Shown here: in pieces, positions 24,090 through 32,070 of the stretch
Numbering within the stretch: the stretch's first letter is position 1
Layout: each line of letters starts with the position of its first letter
NCBI GenBank assembly: GCA_030390025.1
Contig: CM059425.1
Coordinates: 167,030,001 to 167,094,000, forward strand
Length of the DNA: 64,000 bases
Source: Squalus acanthias
Taxonomy: Eukaryota
Reading direction: 5' to 3'
Notes under the pieces: generated by a model
What the model was told of the DNA's origin: nothing
Seen by the model: only the letters and a program-made list of their open reading frames with translations
The model's database searches: none
Position numbers and translations under genes: made by a program

Positions 24090-26606
24090 TCACACGGTGC
24101 TTTCATCGTGCACGCGCACGTAATGTTCTCGCCACTCTCCCGTGTTTTCATGCTTGGTGAGGCGTTTGCCTCTTTTACAATGTACGACCAATAGGTATAC
24201 TACAATAAAAACTTGGCATACAACTAAAATGTGGGAGGCTATTCTGATCCATGAAGGCACTTCAATATTGGTGAACAGATTCTACCACGGTGGAATTACT
24301 ACATCCAGAATGTCTGTCCCTATTTCGACAGTTTTCTGTTCTAGTGTGTAAAAATGTTTTTGTGACACCGCGACGGCTTTTAAAAGCTTGGTGAGGTGTT
24401 CAGGGAGAGGGGGAATGAGGTATCCGAAATGCGCGACGAATCGCTGCAAGTCGGTGAAATTCTCTTTTACTGTTAGATGAACAGTGGATGGTTCAGGGAT
24501 TGGGACAATTCGCCGTTGTGCTACTTGAACTTCTGCCCTGGGTTTGAAACAGAAACTGCTGTCACTCACCGGACACCGGCTACGGTTTCCATGCTGGTAG
24601 TGTTGCGCTGCAGTGGTAACACAATATGTTCCACCCCCGATGTATGCTACCTGCGGAGGCACATGATCTTGTGCCATTGCCTCCATGGTGCAATTCATGG
24701 ACTTGGCGCCAGCCGTTCTGAACCCGCACTGTGGTGTTGAAAAGGCATTCAAGTGCTGGGGACACAGTATTATGTGTGCTCCCCTGCCACGACAACCAGA
24801 GAGATCTGTACCTGTCATCGTTTGCTCCCAGCGGATGACGTAGGGTGGAACCGCTGCATAGCGAATGTGGGCTCCCCCCTGAATGACACCAATGTTCTCT
24901 ACCCGATACACCGGGGCGGGCTTTGCTGTGTCGCCCAAAACCGGCATACGTAGTACTATACCCATGATAGTACGGTTTGATCGTCCACAGTCCACGGGGA
25001 CTGGGTATGCTTCTGAAGCTAGCCTGAGCTGGCACGGGCTTAATGCGTTCTGAAAAGGGTGGAGCGCCCGCAGGTGTTTGTTACTTATCCAGGACGGGAC
25101 CAAACCTTGTTTTAAATTCTCCAAATTACTGCGGCCCTCGCCCAGTAACCACGCCCCGTAAAGCACGCACACCTCATTCTGCGCAGCTTGATCGGATGCA
25201 TTCCGATCTTCCCTAATCAGGGCATTTACCGTTCTCGCGTGTTTCTCCAGCTCTGCTATAATTTCCTTTAAATGGAGAGTCATGGCTTGGTCCTCGTGTA
25301 AACCCGACCCAACCACTTTATTTTCGTCTGTTAGAATGTCTTTTAATTGCGTCTTTAAACCATTAATCTGGGTCTGCAGCTCCACACTGTCTAGAGCGTT
25401 GACCACAGATGTACCCGTGTTAAAAGCAGTGAACACGTCGTTCACTACACCCCTTCTTTGCCTCCCTACTTGATCCAAAACTTCATGTGGTGCGGTGTAC
25501 AAACTTGTTTTATCAATTTCCGCGAAATCGAATTCGTAAAATTGTCTGAACATCTTGGTCAACAGTACCTGATATAACTGTTCCGTCTTTTTGGGGCACC
25601 ACTCTGGTAACCGTACCTCGGTGAGATTTAAAATCACCGAGGCCACCGCGTAATGTACCCCCTGAAATAGTATCTGGTCTGTGGGGACCAGTACCAAACC
25701 ATTCCCGGGTCCCTTACTAGTTTTAGGGCACCCTTCCTCTTCAGCTAGAACCACCGGAATCATGGGCGGGGCTTTGCGTGGGCGCGTAATGAGTTCAGTG
25801 GCATTTACCGGGATCGAAGAGTATGGGGCTCCGCACCCCCTTGTGCTCGCATCCCACCTCATCCCCTGTCCGTTATCCTGCCATTGGTTGATGAAAAATA
25901 TGGAGATGCCTTTGGGGCAAGCGTACTTTGACCCCCACATGCATACATAAATTCCCTCATCCGGCTCCCACCATTTGTCCCAACAGACTCTCACTTGTCC
26001 GTTTGTCCCCGTAATTGTCCGATGGGTATTATTACCCAGTCGTTCCCACTCGACCGAAGAGTTCCTCATGTTTTTGCTCAGCTTTCGCAGCCACCACCAT
26101 CGGCTCAATGGGACATTCCCATTACAAGTCAAACAAATCTGTTTGCCGACGGTGACGCTGATTCTGGGTGCGATGATCCTTACTTTGGGGCACATTAAAG
26201 AAGTCTCTTGGTCGGCAAACCCCGATGTGCTAGAATACTCCGTTGAGTTTGTTCCCAGCCATCCTGGCCACCTTCCCTTGTGGAAATAGGTGGTGGTCTC
26301 CTCAGCCTCCCGTCTTCCGGTCCCATCCACCGCGATGGGGGCCGTGTCCCCGGAGCATCCAAACACCACGACATCCTTGGTGCGGCCTCGATAGGCCAAT
26401 CCACATCCGATTGCCGCGAGCAATACTAGAATTCGTTCTATCCTTCCTTGGTTCCTGTGATCAGATAGAATGAGGTAGCCAGCCTCGCAAGAGTCTCTGG
26501 CTTTTGTGAAGGGTGAGCGGGTCCCCTGACCTCGCCTCACGTAAACTTCAATGTTCACTAAATAAACTTTAACTGGACCTATCCAAAGCTCCCATCATTT
26601 TACCAT
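24090..26606 (-). pseudogene. env: Env / class I fusion glycoprotein (paramyxovirus-F-like) with N-terminal Ig-like domain; two in-frame stops
   Basis: ATG at 26606, TGA at codon 4 (26595-26597), hydrophobic signal ILVLLAAIGCGLA, DEGIYVC motif, furin site RQRR (25452-25463), heptad repeat, Cys-rich region, TAG at 24282-24284, then in-frame TM segment IASHILVVCQVFIVVYLLVV + KRGKR, ending TGA 24090. Confidence 0.85.
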
Positions 26607-26731
26607 TTTCTGTTAAAATTAAACTACAAACTTAACCTTATTTAAAACTATAAACTTATTACCTTAAACTTATAAACTTACAAACTTAAACTTATTACTG
26701 TACAGCGCCGCCCGTTCCCAGGGCGGCCCCT

Positions 26732-27841
26732 TTAAATTCTGAGAAGGCTGCTGCGAGCTCTTCCCGACGGTGGGAGGGCACTGACCCCTTCCTTTGATCT
26801 GCCGCAGCCTGTTGCTGCTGCGATGGGACCGGGTCCTACCTGGGCTGCCTTAACCTTGAGTCTACGCCTTGGGGCAGTCTGGGGACATGACCACATCTTC
26901 CTGGGCTGGGGTGCTCGACTTGACCTACGAGGAGTTATCGGGGGCAGGAATCCCAGGACCGACGGACCGGGTTCCGAGACTTCCACCGGGACGACCTGTG
27001 GTCCCACCACAGTCGCTGGCTCCGCCTCCCCTGACTCCGCCTCCCTGACCTCGGGACTTGCAGCTTGTGGCACCGCCCTGCTCGGCCCAGCAGGCGGCCC
27101 TTCACTCGCAATCCCTACCTCCCCCGAGGGCAGGACGTTCAAGGCGGGCGGCTCGGGCTCAGAGGTTTCCACCGTCACGCCCTGTGGTCTCACAGCAGCT
27201 GGCTCCGCCTCCCCTAGCTCCTCCCTCCTGTGTTCGGGACCTGCAGCCTCGGTGTCCACCCTGTGTGGATCTCTATCTGCAGCCCCTGTCCTCCCTATAC
27301 CTGAATCGGGGGCGACCCTTGCGTCCTCCGATACCCACTCTCCACTACCTTCACTATCCTCATCTGACTTGAGTTCCCGGAACTCTCCCTCATCTGACTC
27401 CCAACCCCACAAAAATGTTTCACAATTTTCCAGGATGTCTCCTTCCCTGATGCAAGCTGCTTTGCCTGCCTGTGTGCCTTGTGGTCCTACCTGGGGCTGC
27501 GAGTCCCCACTCGCAGGTTTTGCCCCTGTGGTTTTCCCTTGTGCACCTGGCTTGTACAGTTTGCACTGGTTTAAATCCCTGCTTCTGGCTACCTGGTAGG
27601 CTGCTTTTATTTCTCTAAGCTGCCCTTCTAGCCTGAGCACGTCTAACTTTCCCATTAAGCGGGCGTTCTCCTCCCGCAGGGCCTGCTCTCTAAGCTGCCC
27701 TTCCAGCCCATCTATTTTCCCTATTAAGCGGGCGTTCTCCTCCCGCAAGGCTTGCTCTTTTAACCTGGCCTCCTCACCGGAGACGCCCTCCTGTGCGTGT
27801 CTTTTAAAAGGACACAGGTAGGCAGGCTGCGTGGGCTCTAG
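26732..27841 (-). CDS. ORF2 in frame with gag after a single TGA: coiled-coil repeats plus acidic/Pro-rich tail, function unknown
   Basis: Open from 27841 (LEPTQPAYLCPF...) to 26732 in the gag frame. The track's start at 27748 is TTG. Tandem EQALREENARL repeats. Confidence 0.7.
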   Translation of the reverse strand, partial: LEPTQPAYLCPFKRHAQEGVSGEEARLKEQALREENARLIGKIDGLEGQLREQALREENARLMGKLDVLRLEGQLREIKAAYQVARSRDLNQCKLYKPGAQGKTTGAKPASGDSQPQVGPQGTQAGKAACIREGDILENCETFLWGWESDEGEFRELKSDEDSEGSGEWVSEDARVAPDSGIGRTGAADRDPHRVDTEAAGPEHRREELGEAEPAAVRPQGVTVETSEPEPPALNVLPSGEVGIASEGPPAGPSRAVPQAASPEVREAESGEAEPATVVGPQVVPVEVSEPGPSVLGFLPPITPRRSSRAPQPRKMWSCPQTAPRRRLKVKAAQVGPGPIAAATGCGRSKEGVSALPPSGRARSSLLRI

Positions 27842-29650
27842 TCATTGGGTACTATTGGACGGGGCTGTGGCACCTGCGGGGCCGGTAGCAACCGCCACCT
27901 TTCCATGTGCACTCATGAAGTTGCGCATGGCTCCCAACACTGTTTCAAGGTCGTCGGGAGGGGTGGGTGCACTAGCTTCCCTAACAGAGACAGGCATCTG
28001 GGCTCGGGCTGCGGGATTTTTATCCCTGGAATCCTTCCAAGGGTTCCTGCAGTTCTTGCGCCAGTGCCCTGTCCTCCCACACCCGTAACAAGCATTACTT
28101 GCCTGCGGGGCGCGGTTACCCTCCTGATGCCACTCCTTTTGAGCCGGGGCTGCGGGTCGTACCTCATGTACTTTTCCCTTAAGGGGACGTGTTCCCATAC
28201 CCCTTATATTGCGATATCCTACCGTGAGTCGATTCAAGACCGACTCTTCCGTAATGTTGGGGTCATTGGGATCAAACCACGCTTTTGCCTGCTCTTTGAC
28301 GGCTGGCAAACTGTTGGCTACTATACACCTGAGCCAATGAGTTAAACCGACGCCATCCACAGCGTCGCGCTCTGGCGCACCTGGACAGCTGCGCTGATAT
28401 ACTGGCCACAGCCTGTCGGCAAAAACCTTCGGGGGTTCTCCCTCCATCTGCACTGTCTGTCCCACTCTAGCAAACGGACCTTCATCGTCCGCCCCCAACA
28501 CTTCTAGGACCTCATTTTTTAATGCCTCATAAGTCTTGGTTCCCCTCTTGCTCTCGTCCGAGAGACACTGAAGGATTGAACTGCCTAACGAAAATAACAG
28601 CATTTTTGCTGTTTCCCCATCATCGCAGCCGTTGATGGCTGCGGTTTGCTCAACTTCTCTGAAATGTACGGAAGGGTCGTCTGACTCGGTCAGCTTCCGT
28701 ACGTGATTTATCATAACTCTCAGCTGGTGTGAGCTGTGAGGCAACACAAGCTGGTTGAGGAGAACCCCTGGTTCCTCCCCACCGTTTCTGTTTGGGCCCC
28801 TTTTTATACCCGTAACTGGACACAACGGTCCCCTTTCCACTTCTTCCTCAGTGGGCTCTTCTGTTTCTTCTACTACTTCCTCCCTTACCCAGGTTTCCGA
28901 ATAGCTGGGTGGCGCGGAGGGCGCAGTGGCTAATACTTCCTTTGCTTTACTTGGTGGGGATTTCTGAAACTCCTCATTTACTAGCGGCTGGTGTGCTGAC
29001 GGACTGATAAGGCACACCATGCCGTGCGCTTTGTTCACGGCCCTTTTGAGGTGCTCTATCTCCTGTTGGCAGGCGCTATGATCGGCCCCCTGAAACTTAT
29101 CTTCAAGGGCCAACTTATATGCCGCCCTAACCCCCGTTAAGCTCTCTTCCTGGGTTCTTATCTGGGCAGCTTGGCGGGCACATCGTTCCTTTAGTCTGCC
29201 CTCACTTAACTTTGCCTCAGTGACCTGGCACTCGAGGTAATCTATCCTTGTTTTATGGTGACTGGTGATTTCCTGGCGTTCTTGGTGCAGCGCACTTAAA
29301 TTCCTAATGAGCAACTCCCCTTCAGAGACCTTCTCATCCATTTCCTCCTCTAAATGCCTGATCCGAGCTGGTTGCGCTGTAATGACCTGGTTTGAAATCT
29401 GGACCTGCCTTTTGTAACACATTAACCAGACTGCTTTCTCGACTGTCTTTTTATGTTCCTTACTATCTGTCCACCTCTCGGCTGCCTCTAGTGGACTCTT
29501 ATCCTCTAACAGGTCACTTATCCATTTCTTAGTTAGATTTACCTTTCCGAACACATAATCTGCTATCTTTTCCTGCATAACATTTCGTACATTCACACCA
29601 AAGTCTAACACACTACCCTCTCGCTGCCAGTGTCCTGCCGCGGTCGCCAT
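27842..29650 (-). CDS. gag: Gag polyprotein (602 aa): coiled-coil N-terminus, PSAPPSY late domain, capsid-like region, CCHC zinc knuckle
   Basis: Intact ORF directly after the 5' LTR; CYGCGRTGHWRKNC at 28049-28090; PSAPPSY at 28901-28921. Confidence 0.9.
   Translation of the reverse strand: MATAAGHWQREGSVLDFGVNVRNVMQEKIADYVFGKVNLTKKWISDLLEDKSPLEAAERWTDSKEHKKTVEKAVWLMCYKRQVQISNQVITAQPARIRHLEEEMDEKVSEGELLIRNLSALHQERQEITSHHKTRIDYLECQVTEAKLSEGRLKERCARQAAQIRTQEESLTGVRAAYKLALEDKFQGADHSACQQEIEHLKRAVNKAHGMVCLISPSAHQPLVNEEFQKSPPSKAKEVLATAPSAPPSYSETWVREEVVEETEEPTEEEVERGPLCPVTGIKRGPNRNGGEEPGVLLNQLVLPHSSHQLRVMINHVRKLTESDDPSVHFREVEQTAAINGCDDGETAKMLLFSLGSSILQCLSDESKRGTKTYEALKNEVLEVLGADDEGPFARVGQTVQMEGEPPKVFADRLWPVYQRSCPGAPERDAVDGVGLTHWLRCIVANSLPAVKEQAKAWFDPNDPNITEESVLNRLTVGYRNIRGMGTRPLKGKVHEVRPAAPAQKEWHQEGNRAPQASNACYGCGRTGHWRKNCRNPWKDSRDKNPAARAQMPVSVREASAPTPPDDLETVLGAMRNFMSAHGKVAVATGPAGATAPSNSTQ
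29632..29649 (-). promoter_or_regulatory. Primer-binding site, tRNA-Arg(UCG)
   Basis: Minus strand TGGCGACCGCGGCAGGAC is complementary to the 3' 18 nt (GUCCUGCCGCGGUCGCCA) of vertebrate tRNA-Arg-TCG as recalled; lies 5 nt from the LTR end. Confidence 0.85.
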
Positions 29651-29654
29651 TTTC

Positions 29655-31358
29655 TGTAAGGGTTTGATGTCTCTCAGCCTGTGAGATTCGTGTGGCTCTG
29701 TGCAGCCCGGGTGCTAGTGCGGGTTTAGGCCTTGTTGCCTGTTCTGGTCTCCAGCCAGTCTGGGAGCACTAGACACACCTGTGAGTGGTTCGACCCACTC
29801 GCCCTTACGGTTCTAGACACTGGACTTAGATGCGAGAGCAGTAATGGAGATAAAACTCAGGTAGACTCGGTTGAATGGTACGAAATGGAAAATCTTTATT
29901 GCATAGTACTTAAGATTACGAAATACATGTCATACGCACAGATTAATGACAGTACAATCTTGCACGCAGTTATGTAATTAATTTCAGGGAAACGAGGAAC
30001 GAACGACACATCGTAAATGGGGGCACACATTACAATTATCCTTAATACTTGAAACCCTCCCCTATCAATATCTGTCCTAAGCTAGATTCGTAGGATTCGA
30101 GACTCATGCTCACCACTCGTGATAACTCGGAGAATTCCGAAACCTCTGATCGGATGTTTTTCACCGCAGCACCCACGTGTCGATCAGGGGGTCTCCTGGC
30201 CCCACTTGTTTACTCGTTTCTGCTCCGGCTAGCAGGCTGGAACGTCTGCTGTCATGAAGATCTGTGTTGTCCTCGGAGTTCCGACTCTACTCAAAAAAGA
30301 GTCTTCCTGTGCCCTCGCACGGATGCGATAGAATTCAAAAAGTAATCTTCCTGGCAGTTCTGTAAAATTCGAAGAAGTCTTCCTGGCAAGGAAAATGTCT
30401 ATTCGACCTACAGGCGCGGTCGGGGCTTACTGACCGTGGCGATAAGTATGGTCTTCTTCTCTTCTCATCTCATCTCATCTCATCTCATCTCATCTCATCT
30501 CGGGCCTTCGGTTCCAACACCGTTTACCGACTTATCGGAATGGTGCGCCCGCTTCAAGGCTTCAGAGCCCAGTTCTACACAGGTCTTCGCGACACGACAC
30601 GAGGTAGATCCGAGCGGATCATAAAGTTCAACAGTCTTTTGAAAAGAGACACGAGGCAAGCAGGAACAAGACGGCGAGTCAAGAGCACAGGAGCAGCCAC
30701 GAGGATAAGAGTCAACCGAATAAGAGAAAGATGGACGGTTTGGAGCTTGCAATTATAGTGCAAAATCTTCCGTTTCCCGCCCAACCTTAATGTCTTTCCT
30801 TTTGTTAGGGTTTGGCGCTCAAATGTCTTGTATAGGGTGATCTCCGTTTTAATGGGTTTCGGGGCTACTCGTAAATGTCTGAGTACCTGTTAATATTTTT
30901 CCCATTGTTTAATCGGTCGGTGTTCTCCCTGGAGGGGTTTTGGGCTTCCAGGTGTTTTCTGTAACTACCCACTAACGGCTCTCTCATCGTAGAGTCGTTG
31001 GGATTTTACATATTAATGTCTTTGGATGGGTTCTTGATTACTGGGTACAATAGCTTTCATTCGTACCTGGGAGACCGATTTCAGTATTTATGTGTATACT
31101 GTAAACCCATGATGTCTCGTGTATTATCTTAAATGTGCTGAGTCTTAATCGATCTTGCACAAATGTTTATTGGAACGCCATCTTGTCTGCCTGTTGAAAA
31201 GTCTAGAATGTTCTGTCACGAGGTGCGGCGGCCATTTTACAAGCTGCTTGTGTCCACTTTGAAAACCTGACAGCATTCTGCTGAAATAAAAGCTGTTTGA
31301 ACGAAACTATGTGTTTTTCTCCTTATTAATAAAATCGCGATATATTGCGAATTTTACA
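29655..31358 (-). repeat. 5' LTR of provirus (1704 bp)
   Basis: Direct repeat of 21944-23647, followed on the minus strand by GAAAA and the PBS. Confidence 0.95.
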
Positions 31359-32070
31359 CTGTCCAGACCCCTCAGGATCTTATATGTTTCAATCAAGTCA
31401 CCTCTTATTCTTCTAAACTCCAGTGGATACAAGCCTAGCCTGTCCAACTTTTCCTCATAAGACAACCCGCCCATTCCAGGTATTAGTCTAGTAAACCTTC
31501 TCTGAACTGCTTCCAAAGCATTTACATCCTTCCTTAAATAAGGAGACCAATACTGTACACAGTACTCCAGATGTGGTCTCACCAATGCCCTGTATAACTG
31601 AAGCATAACCTCCCTACTTTTGTATTCAATTCCCCTCGCAATAAACGATAACAATCTATTAGCTTTCCTAATTACTTGCTGTACCTGCATAGTAACCTTT
31701 TGCGATTCATGCACTAGCACACCCAGATCCCTCTGCATCTCAGAGCTCTGCAATCTCTCACCATTTAGATAATATGCTTCTTTTTTATTCTTCCTGACAA
31801 AATGGACAACTTCACATTTTCCCACATTATACTCCATTTGCCAGATCTTTGGCCACTCACTTAACCTATCTATATCCCTTTGTAGCCTCCTTATGTCCTC
31901 TTCACAATTTACTTTCCTACCTATCTTTGTGTCATAAGCAAATTTAGCAACCATACCTTCGGTCCCTTCATCCAAGTCATTTATATAAATTGTAAAAAGT
32001 TGAGGCCCCAGCACTGATCCCTGTGGCACACCACTCGTTACATCTTGCCAATCAGAAAATGACCCATTTT
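31359..32070 (-). mobile_element. CR1 LINE RT fragment (right part of the split copy)
   Basis: GVPQGSVLGP...AYDTK...RPHLEYCVQYWSP; nearly identical to 42970-43680. Confidence 0.9.

Larger units (their letters stand above)
21944..31358 (-). mobile_element. Pol-less endogenous retrovirus-like LTR element (LTR-gag-ORF2-env-LTR), lokiretrovirus-like env
   Basis: Two 1704-bp direct repeats (offset 7711) with TGTAA...TTACA outer termini. CTGT TSD at 21940-21943 and 31359-31362. It splits a CR1 whose intact junction (ccctgtccagacc) is seen at ~42971. PBS, PPT, gag and env present; no PR/RT/IN motifs found. Confidence 0.95.

Noticed and set aside
26540..26594. WIGPVKV as an integrase GPY/F remnant
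   Set aside because: Too short, and it reads equally well as the env leader after ATG 26606
26823..27599. 258-aa plus-strand ORF antisense to ORF2
   Set aside because: Low-complexity shadow of a GC-rich ORF; no independent support
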